Source: Octopus vulgaris (lineage: Eukaryota). Taken from it: DNA of 64,000 bases. The stretch is taken from assembly GCA_951406725.2 (NCBI GenBank), contig OX597830.1:53940001-54004000 (forward strand). Reading direction: 5' to 3'. Position 1 is the first letter of the stretch. Every line of letters begins with the position of its first letter. The translations under genes and the position numbers were made by a program. The notes below the pieces were generated by a model, which saw only the letters and a program-made list of their open reading frames with translations, was not told the origin of the DNA and made no database searches. Positions 12,601 to 24,205 of this stretch are shown piece by piece.

Positions 12601-15600
12601 TTATCGACATTCGTCAGCCAGACGTTCTCACAAGTTTACAAACAGATAAACACATTAACTGATTGGCTACTCTCATAAATATTCCAGGCAGCACACGTTA
12701 TTTAGTCATTACTAACATATTTAATGTCGTGGTCTAAGAAATGTTAATTAATTGAAATTAACGCTCGTAGTAACGAAGAGAAAGAATAATAAAGTTAATG
12801 ATTCTGGTCACTACTGGGTATCAAAGAGAGAAACAGCCAACTCTGGCATTTTAATTAAAATGACGTCTCCGATTAGGACAATCGCTCTAGCGATTCCATT
12901 TGTGACCAATTGTGCCTCTTTTTAAGGATCTGAAAGACTACATTAGATTCATCTCCTCCACTTTTTCAAGATATTAGGGTGTAATTTGAGAAAGATTTAG
13001 CTGTTATTTTTAGTATAAGGCTCCTTCACTGTGCCTATCAGGTTAATAGAGGTCAATAATATCATATTTCACGTTATCAGAAAAGCATATCTTTTTATCA
13101 GAAGATTCTAAATTTGTTGTCGTTGTTGTTATTGTTGCTGTAGTTGAGATACTGCTGCTGTTATAGTGGATATTTAAAGCAAATTATGCTGAATTTTTAC
13201 TGTATTTTACGTTTTTAGATAATTTTTCTCATATTGTTTTTTTCAAATTTTTACATTAAATGCTTTTTCTTACTTTTTTCATCCCCACTCTCACCTCCCA
13301 CTCTTACGCCACTAACTCTCTCTCACCACCACGACTACCACCTCTCACCCATTCTCTCTTACTCCACCCTATTTCACCCACCATCACTTACCTTTCTTTC
13401 ATGCCCACTCTCTTATCTCATTCTCCCACCCCACTCACGCTGACCCTACTGTCTCTCCCACACTCTCTTTATCTCATCCTCATCCTCTCTCGCCCCACTC
13501 TATCACTCTACCCTCTCTCACTCACACTCTCATTCTCACCCTTCTGTCCCTGCTCCTATTTTAAAAATACCATTAAATCTTACATATGCAATACAAGGAG
13601 TTGAAAAAACTTCGATCAACTGAGATTATCCAAGCCATTAATAAACACAACCTCCCTATTGTGGTGTTTAAAATCTAAACTCCAGTAAGGAAGATAACTC
13701 CAATCAGCTCAGTTGATTGAATTGTTGATCAATATAAAACAATGTAGATTCTTTTATCTTTTACTTGTTTCAGTCATTAGACTGCGGCCATGCTGGGGCA
13801 CCGCCTTGTAGAATTTATCGACCCCAGTACTTATTGTTTTTTTTAAAGCCTGGTACTTATTCTATCGTCATATTTTGTCGAATCGCTAAGTTACGGGGGC
13901 GTAAACACACCAACACCGGTCGTCAAGCGGCGGTGGGGGACAAATACACGCACACACACACACATGATGGGCTTCTTTCAGTTTCCATCTACTCACAAGG
14001 CTTTGATCAGCTCAAGGCTTTAGTAGAAGACACTTGTCCAATGTGCCACGCAGTAGGACTGAACCCGGAACCGTGTGGTTGGAAGGCAAACCTCCTACCA
14101 CACAGGAAAGATCTAGAGAAATCTCGGTCATGTTTCGGCTTTATTAGACCTCATTATATTCTCTACTCAGTTGATAACATTGACAAGTGTTTATCTTATT
14201 ACTTGCTGGAGGAAGGGACAGTGCCCATGGCCTTCGTAACCCCCTCCCCTGACACTGATGAACTTGCTGCTGCTAATATTTCTCTCCAACCATTAGTAGA
14301 TACCCGTAGAGAAGAAGTTCCAGATGAATGCTGTTCAGGAAAGGAAGGACAAGACATACTGGTTACTGTGGGGCCTGGCGAGTGGGTGGGGGAGTTCGGA
14401 TACATCAAGGGCGATGTGACAAAGAGAGACGCTGGAACAGAAATACCTGAGCAGATGTGACATAATCGTAGCTAGTTCCGAGGAGCAGAGACCATTATAG
14501 CAGTAGTAGAAAGAACAGAGGGAGGAAACAGTGTACTTATGGGGCCAGGGGTGGGAATATGTCTGTAAGTGATTTTGTGCCATTTAGTCGGGTGGCCATT
14601 TTTTAATGTGCTTTACTCTTCACACAAAAATTTTATCGCTCGGATTTTCTGGATTTTCAGTTACACGAACACTTTACATTACACTACGCTGTACTTGATT
14701 ACTACGTGAACTGATAGCCAAGTCCGTAGGAGGAGCATACTGTGGTAGTCGCATGATTTTCTGAATCCATATTTTACACTACTCATGTATGTATGTGTGT
14801 GTGTGTGTGTGTGTGTGTTTCGGCCAGCTAAATCATCATCGGACAGTCCGACAATGGCTTAGCTGGCCGAAACTTCGAAGTCACTATCAACAACACAAGT
14901 TCACTTGATAATCCCAAGAAACTAACGAGATTAATCCCTAGCAGTTTACCAGGTGAACCATATTACACGTTACAATTCCAAGGGAGACGATCGTTGCGAT
15001 CCCGTGATAACTGGTCCATGAAGATCGTCTCCCTTGCAAATTGCTTCACGTATTTATATGTATCATGTCAGTCCACACACACACACACACACATCTTGAT
15101 TAACGAACTAATTTGTTTTTACTCTGGTCTCAGAAATTTCGCTATCTGATGATAGACGATTTTTATGCAGATAAATACTTTGTGAGTACTGAAATATAAA
15201 CTAATATAAAATACAGTAGGCCTACAATGCTCCTATATCGAAAAATAAATTCTATATATTGAAAAACAACCATTGAATAAAATTATATATAATTCAATCA
15301 GAAAATAAATAAAGCGGGGCAGGCTTGGCTGTGTGGTAATGAAGCTCGTTTTGCAATTACAAGGTTTCCGGTTCATTCCCATTTCACGGTACCTTGGGCT
15401 AATGTTTTGTGTCTCCTGGCTGACCCATACCTCCTGCATAAACTTAGACGGAAACTGTGTAGAGAACCGTTGTGTGTGTGTGCAGTTCAGCCTAAGACAT
15501 CGATAGAATAAGTGCTAGGCTTACAAAGAATAAGTCTTGGGGTCGATTTGTTCGACTAAAACCCTTCAAACAAATAAAAGAATACATAGGAGTGGCTGTG

Positions 15601-15746
15601 TGGTAAGTAGCTTGCTAAACAACCACATGGTTCCGGGTTCAGTCCCACTGCGTGGCATCTTGGGCAAGTGTCTTCTGCTATAGCCCCGGGCCGACCAATT
15701 GCCTTGTGAGTGGATTTGGTAGACGGAAACTGAAAGAAGCCTGTCG

Positions 15747-15777
<31 letters not shown>

Positions 15778-18700
15778 TTGTCCCCCTAGCATTGCTTGAC
15801 AACCGATGCTGGTGTGTTTACGTCCCCGTAACTTAGCGGTTCGGCAAAAGGGACTGATAGAATAAGTACTGGGCTTACAAAGAATAAGTCCCGGGGTCGA
15901 TTTGCTCGACTAAAGGCGGTGCTCCAGCATGGCCGCAGTCAAATGACTGAAACAAGTAAAAGAGTAAAAAGAGAGAGATATAAAATATGCTTCGACACAC
16001 GCAGGATCTTTTCACTTTGACCAGGATCTTTCTGCCGGTCAAAGTGAAAAGATCCAAAGGGAGATAGCCACTGAAGTTATTATCAAAAAAAAAAAAAAAA
16101 ATCATTTTGTTTTTTAACGATATCGTGGTTTATGTTGTACATTTTTATCTTCTATTACTCACTGATTGTTTCTAGAGTTCACGTCACTATTTGTCATATA
16201 TACACCTTAAAATTGACAATAAACCAGGAAATATTAGACGTGGTCACTTATGCTAGGAGTGACAGATCCTGGTAGTTAGGGTTTCAATTAACAAAAGAAA
16301 AAAAAATGGGATTGGTTGGTACAGACTGTTCATAATCCTTTTGAGGAAAAGCTGCAGTTAACAGGTTGGGGGAAGACGGAATGATAAACAACAAGGCGGA
16401 TAGTATTGATATCGGTGTATAGGTTCGATCCCACCTCTTAATAGATTGGACTCGTCTTCTACCGCCAAATAACTGGATCAAGGGGGATTCAACATAAACA
16501 ACACCGGTTTTAGACATGTGTAAACATTGACTCAGTCGTGCGCACACACACACACATTCACACGCACGCGCACACACACACACAGAGTGGACAGAGTCGT
16601 TAGAGCGCCTGATAGATTGCTTTGCGGTGAGTTCAAATCTCGCCGGGGTCAATTTTGCCTTCCATTCTTTTAAGGATTAACAAATAAAGTACGAGTCATT
16701 TACTGGGGTATCTTGCTTCTCTTTTCCTTTCCGTCTGTCTTTCTGTCTTCTAGAAGAAATCGGCTGATGTCAGACCTGTAGAGGAATGGGCTCCTTAAGA
16801 TCAAAAATCACTCAAGACATACGATATGTCATCTTGGCGTCTCTGATTCCATCCAGGAATCGAAGGCAAAAATATATAAATACGACAGCCTTTTGCATAG
16901 TTTCCGTCTCCAAAATTCGTCCCACAAGGGTATGTCTATTACCCATGGTGCCAAGATGTTGACGGAAGCAGAGACGGCAATTCAATAATCATGAAAATAA
17001 CTCCTGCTATTTCTTCACCCCGCGAGTCACATACATCCTTCTTGTTACTATCGCTGGATCCCCGTCGGTTTCGACGATGACGACCTACTTGTGCGATCCA
17101 CTGAATTACCTGCACGTGAATCAACGTGTATGTGGTTGAGTATTCCGTAGACACAAAAAAAAAACATAAAGTAAATTTCTGACAGAATCAGCGTGACAGT
17201 GTGATATATGACAAGGCTGTACTTTTTGAATTACAGACACAAATCACCCAACCGACTGCTATATACTTCCCGTCTACTCAATTCATTCACAAAGTATGAA
17301 TCGATCCGTGATTTTTCAAAAATGATACTTGTTCAAGAAACCATGCAGTGGTATCGAACCTGGCCCTCGTGGTTGTGAAGCGATCTTCTTAACCTTTTCA
17401 ATATACTGCACCTATAATCACAAAATGCATATTGAAATAGAAGTGGAGGAAAAAACGCCAACAACTTTGAAAGATATTTATTATTGTAATGTGAACAATA
17501 TTCTAATGGAAGATATATATTACAGAAATAGCTGGAAAGTTGTTTAGCGGCTGTCAGTGAAGGTGAAGGTCGTTTGTTGTTTGTCAAAATAAAGGTCGTC
17601 CTGTGACCAGTTGAATCTAAGTGAAGGTCGTTAAACTATCCAAACTTTTCTTGTTCATAACAACAATCACTCCGTTTCATTTATGTTACATTTCTCTCCT
17701 CCCACTCTTCATGTCATCTTGTACTTTTACTTTTCGCCCTCTCCTACTTTCGCATTCACTCCCTCATCTCTCTATTTTTAACGCTTCTCCCCTCTCTCTC
17801 CCTCTTCTTCTTCTTCTCTCTCTCCTCCTCGTCATCTCGTCCTTTCTGTCTTCCTCTCTCTGTCTCTTTCAGTCTTTATTCTTCACCACTCTCTCATTAT
17901 CTTACTGTCTCACTTCAATCTGTCTGTCTCTTCCTCTAGTCCTCGCGTCATTCGCACCCCTCCACATCTCCCTCTTTTCGATCACACTTCTCCCGCTCTC
18001 TCTCTCTCTCTCACTTCCATTTCTCCTCCTCTTTAACACACACACACACACTTACACATATAAATTCGCACGTATACACCACATCTGTCTTCTGAGTCCA
18101 GGCACCATGGAGACTGACTACATGACCTTGACACGTTTCTTACTCAACGAAGAGAAGAAACATCCTCAGGCAACGGGAGTTTTAACCCAGTTAATCAATT
18201 CGATTCTTACATCAATCAAGGCCATTTCTGCTGCTGTTCGCAGAGCGGGTCTTCGAGATTTGTAAGTTTATTTTTCATTTCAAAAAGTTCTTAAAACTAT
18301 CCATACATACACATACACTATATATATTTACACACACCACGCGCATAGATATGTATGTATGCATGCATGCATGCATGCATGCATGTATGTATGTATGTAT
18401 GTATGTATGTATGTATGTATGTATGCACGCGCACACACGTACACACACACTAAAAGTGTTTTCTTTAGACGCAGGAAAAAATGGGTTACTGGCTGGTGAA
18501 ATCGTTAGAGTTGAGACAAAAGGTTTAAGGTGTTTAGTTACAGCTGCTCTTCAAGGACAGAGTTCAAATCTGGCCGATGTCAGCTTCGGAGTTCATTCTT
18601 CATGGGTCGGGGAAATAAAGTTCTGTGGTCAACTTAGATGTGAATAGAAGACTAAAGTACGTTTTGCTAGGGAGATTTGGCTGTTATTTCTAAAAGGACG

Positions 18701-21700
18701 AGTGCTACTGGAAAAGTTCCCTTCTTAACAAGTATTGATCCAGTGGAATGAAGAGCCAAACAAGCTCCTGATGAAGACCAAAAACTGATGGTTATAGAAT
18801 ATTAAATTAACATCTCAATAATATCTTATTAATATTGGTTTCAAATTTTGGCATCAGGTCAGCACTTTTGTGGGTGGATCAAGTCGGCTACATCGACTCC
18901 AATGCTCAACTTGTACTTATTTTATCGACCCCGAAAAGAAGAAAGGTAAAGTCGACCCCGGCGGAATTTGAACTCAGAACATAAAGAGTGACGAAATAGC
19001 GCTTGGCATTTTGCCCAGGGTGCCAACGCTTCTACTAGCTTGCCTCTTTGTCATCAAATTAAAAAAAACAAAAAAAAAGATAACAAACTTAAGGTTAAAT
19101 AACTACGGTGTCACTAGAATAAGTCCTCGTGCCGTATTAGGTCCTTTATATCAAATACATATCTGTGTAATTTTATTGTATCTGGGGAGGGTCATTCTCT
19201 TTTAGTGCCTTATTACTTAACACACGCACCGGTTCGATTTCCACTCATTTATTTTTTCTAAAATTTTCGTTGCCTCTTGCAACCTTTTCAGTAGTCGTTG
19301 ACCCTGTCAGAGTCAACGACTATTGAAAAGGTTGAGTGTGTTAAGTAAGAGGGCACTAAAAGAGAATGACTCTCCCCAGACACAATAAAATATGCTTCAA
19401 CTCATGAATTCATATCAAGAATCTTGCAAACCAAATACAAAAGCGAAATATCTGTGTCATTTACCCATGAAACCTCATCTTGTTTTGTATTTTATTGTGA
19501 TTCCATTTCCCATCCAAGATGCATTATAGGAATATTAATCGTCTACAGGACATGGGGAGTAAAGTAGACATGTGCATGATTTGAACTCAGAATGTGAAGA
19601 ACCATAAATAAACGGTACGGAATTAATGTATTTAGTCGGAGTCTTTTAACAGTTCAGTTACTTACGTACAGAGGCGCAATGGCCCAGTGGTTAGGGCAGC
19701 GGACTCACGGTCATAGGATCGCGGTTTCGATTCCCAGACCGGGCGTTGTGAGTGTTTATTGAGCGAAAACACCTAAAGCTCCACGAGGCTCCGGCAGGGG
19801 ATGGTGGTGATCCCTGCTGTACTCTTTCACCACAACTTTCTCTCACTCTTACTTCCTGTTTCTGTTGTACCTGTATTTCAAAGGGCCGGCCTTGTCACTC
19901 TCTGTGTCACGCTGAATATCCCCGAGAACTACGTTAAGGGTGCACGAGTCTGTGGAGTGCTCAGCCACTTACACGTTAATTTCACGAGCAGGCTGTTCTG
20001 TTGATTCGGATCAACCGGAACCCTCGTCGTCGTAGCCGACGGAGTGCTTCCATCCACTTACGTACAGTGCATTCTTTTTTTACTCATCAAAATGACTGTG
20101 TGTGTGTGTGTGTGTGTAAAAGAATGGGTAGTTTAAAACATCACTTCACGCGTTTCAGTAGCGTGGTTTAACTCAAATATGACTTGCTTCTTAGTTAAAG
20201 ATTTATCCAAACTTATACGTAACCGATCGTCAGACAGACGTGAATATTTATAACTATCATCGTCGTCATCATCATCATCATGGTTTATTTTTTTGCGTCC
20301 GTCTTCCATAAGACATGGGTCGGACAGTTTGATAGGATCCGACGGGTCAGAGGACTTTAGCGTTTTCCATTGTCTGCTTTGGCACGGTTTCTACAGCTGG
20401 ATGTTCTTCCAAATTAAAAGTTTAATTAAAAAATTTTGTGCATTCAAAAATTTTACGATATCGGATACATTATTTGAAGAATTGTTAATTTAATCCCAGT
20501 AAACTCATTGACTACAATTAACTATTACAAAAGCCAACACCTGTTAGGAACCGACAGGAAATCTAGAAAGAGTAGCTAAATCTCTCCCATTTTATCGCCT
20601 TAACATCTCAAAATAACTAAGGAATAAGGTAGGACTCAATACATTGAAGAACGTGGGCATAGATATTGTTTGAATAGCACATGATGGTCATGTTTGGAAC
20701 AACTATCGCACACTCACGCACTCGAACATGGAGACACATTCACACACACAAACATTTACATATGCATCCGTGCGCATGCACACACACACAAAAGCACTTA
20801 CATACACACACACTTACAAGCACATACACATACACTTACATGCACACATACAACCACATACACACACACATACATGCCTACGCACGCGCACACAATTTTG
20901 GGAGTTCTCTCCCTTGCTCTCTTTGAGAGAGATTTTCTTAAACGTTTTTTTCTCTTTATTTGTTTTGCTGAGGTCTGTGGCCATGCTGGGTCAACGTTAA
21001 TGACTTTTCTTTCCGTTATACTTTCAGTTAAATTTAATAAAAAGTTGTTTTGGCCTTATCATATTAAGCCCTTAACCATACATGGATGCGTGCGAACATA
21101 TTGCATACACACATGTTCTATATACACACATAAACGCTTACACATACACACATACAAGCACAAAAGCACACGTATGCACGCATGCTTACATACACCGAAG
21201 TACACGCATTCACTCATATACACAAATGCACACACATACATTCATACACATACATATAAGCACATGTATGCAAACACACATACGCACACACTCTCGTTAA
21301 AATCTTAAAACCACAGCTAAGTACAAGCCCATAACTCTCGCTACGTCCCGGCTCCTGATGCTTCTAAAATCTTTTATATTGCGTAATATCCACCCCCAGA
21401 GCTTCTACCTGGGCTTTATCGCAAATAATTATCTCGCACACTTATTATGGCGATCTTTCGTCTACCTTTCCGTCGATTTCCGTAAAAAACATATTTTTTT
21501 TTTTACATATGGGCTTGCGGGAACTTTTGAAGTAATGAGAGCGAAAGAGACTAAGAGAAAGCGATTGTATGACGAGGGAAGTTCTTTTGAAGTTACCCTG
21601 CATGGGAAGCATTGATGTACATGTGTGTGTGTGTGTGTGAACTTCAAAAGTTCCCGCAAGCCCATATTTAAAAAAAAAAATGTTTTTTACGGAAATCGAC

Positions 21701-24162
21701 GGAAAGGTCTACTAGAGACGAAAGATTGCCCTTATTATAATGTAATTATCAGCCATTTCTCCAAAACACTCCATATTCTTGCTGTTGAATTACAACACAC
21801 ACACACACACTTTTCTTGTTCTGTCTCTTCACTGACTCATCAGCATGAAATTTTATACCCTCATCGCTTTTATTGTTTATGGTACCATCTCTCCATCACA
21901 CTCAGTACACGCGCCTACGTGTACGTACATATGTCTCGCTCACCCTCCACTCTCTCTTTCTCTGTTCCTCCTTTCATCTCTCTTTCACTGCATGCTTCAC
22001 TTTCTCTATGTCTCTCCACGTTCTCTATATATTCCTACCTTCTACTTTTTCTTTACCTATTCTTTCCTCTGTCTGTCTTCTCTCTGCCTCTGTCTCTCTC
22101 TCTCTCTGTCTCTCTGCTCCTTTCTGCTGCAATAAAAAAGAAATTTAAAAAATTAACTTCTTCTCTTGTTCTAAATAATTTCAAGCCAAGAAGTGGGTAA
22201 TAAAAGTAATTAGAAATAGAACGGTAGCAATTAAGTGTATGGAAGAAATCTGATCTTTGGCAAGTTATAAAAGACAGTTCTGGACATGTATTATTAGAAC
22301 TCCTCAGTGAAACAGTCTGACTTAATGTTGGTAAAATATGGTATGATTTGAGGGATATTTGGGCGCTATTTCTGGTTGGCCTAACAACTATGTACAGGTT
22401 CCATCGTTGATTTGGTTTAACTTAGGTTCTTGTTGTTTAGCCCCTGGTCAGCATTAATTGAGAAGACATGATCAGAGATTCTCCAGCTATGATCATTCTG
22501 TCATTTGTTATCTAGGACTACATTGTTCAACTGCTCTTTATTATTGTTTTTTTTTTGAAGATATTAGGATGAATGTTAATGTGGGTTTAGCTGTTATTTC
22601 TAGCGTGTCTAACGGACCTCGTAAAGGCTCCCTCTTTAGCTGATTGTATCTTATGTAACATTTTCAGGTGATCTAGTTGGTACCCGTTTCTGACATGTTG
22701 AGGTTAGGCTGTAAATGAGGCTGATTTTGAACCTGGGACTTTGTGTTTGTACTTCAATATACAATCCACTAACCATTTCTTCCACCTTTTTGCCACTTTA
22801 ACTGCTGCTTTGTCATATCTTCAATAATAATGTTTCTTTGAATGGGCTGAACTGCTACTCATAGAGTATCAGGAATTTAGAAAAAGTTTATCAGAAGTGT
22901 ATTGTTTGTTGTTTTTATCTCTGTTGCTTTGTCTCCTTTCAGATTTGGTGTTGCTGGTGGTTCCAATGTGTCAGGAGATGAGGTCAAGAAGCTGGACATT
23001 CTGTCCAATGACCTTTTCATCAACATGCTCAAATCTTCATTCACGACCGCCCTGATGGTTACAGAAGAGAATGAGAACGCTGTTCTGGTTGAAGTCGAAA
23101 ACCAAGTGAGGATTTAGTTTGGTGTTATTATTATTGAAGACATCACACAGTATTCAATACTGTGATGTTGTAGATTGAGAATATAGGGTGTAGCAGGGAT
23201 TTGTGCTGTCTGTCAAGTCAAGACAAGGCTCTCAGACAGACAACATTTTATGTAGTACTAGCACTATGACCCGGCAACACCTGGTCATAGTGCTAGTGCA
23301 TGCATATACAGCTGCGTGCGTGCGCACATACACACGAGTACTGTCCAAATCTCCGACCAATCACATACAGCTAGCTGGCATTCAATTGGCATATCAAGTT
23401 TCGGGCATTTTGATTGGGTTTTGGATAGAAAATTCACAAAAAGTCACTTCTATTGATTTTTTAAGGGCTTTGCATGGTGACTGGGAAAATATAAAGATGT
23501 GCATGACCACCCTTGGACGGTTTTGAATGGCCATAGAAAGTGCAAGCCCTCTAACTGAAAAATTGTGGATTTGTATAAAGGACACACACACAGACAGACA
23601 TTTTTCCGTTTATATATAGAGAGATGTGTGCAGTTCCAAATAAAACTGATTTTTGCAACACACCAAGATTGCAGGATATTTCTAAAGTGTCCAGACTCTT
23701 CTTCAGGTTGGGTAGTATTGAACTCAATGCTCTGATGAGAATAAGAATACTTTCTTCGTTTGACACTTGCAGCTGCCACATCCTGGTGATCTTTATTATT
23801 ACCATTAAGACAGCAAGCTTGCAGAAGCGTTAGTTTGCATTTCATTTGTCTTTACAGTCTGGTTTCAAATTCTGCCAAGGTCAGCTTTGCCTTTCATCCT
23901 TTTGGGGTCAATAAAATAAGCACCAATTAATTACGGGAGTTGATGTAATTAACTAGTCCCCTCACACAAAATTTCAGGCCTTGTGTCTGTAGTAGGAAGA
24001 AAGTGGTGAGCTGGTAGAATCGTTAGCATGATTGGTAAAATGCTTAGCGACATTTCATCAGCCTGTGCTCATACCACATCTTGCCTCTCTTTAGGTCTCA
24101 CTTTTCACGTAATTTTCAATGTAGCACTTTTGCTACCTCGTCCTGTTGTCATGACTTAGAGT

Positions 24163-24205
<43 letters not shown>

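Noticed and set aside
13765-14460. 231-aa ORF
   Set aside because: Chance read-through of a SINE and the antisense strand of a LINE fragment.
17621-18106. Hydrophobic 160-aa N-terminal extension on FBPase exon 1b in the ORF track
   Set aside because: It is a CT-rich low-complexity tract opened at a GTG; FBPase homology and the Kozak ATG start at 18107.
18765-18805. CTGATGA hammerhead-like start
   Set aside because: No GAAA core or pairing stem I follows.
19672-19745. tRNA gene
   Set aside because: The tRNA-like head continues into a SINE body with a TSD and a second copy; it is not a standalone cloverleaf.
2772-22942. A second complete FBPase paralog following exon 1a
   Set aside because: No additional DEVKKLD, DPLDGS or other exon 2-7 sequence was found by eye in this interval; a tblastn search would confirm.
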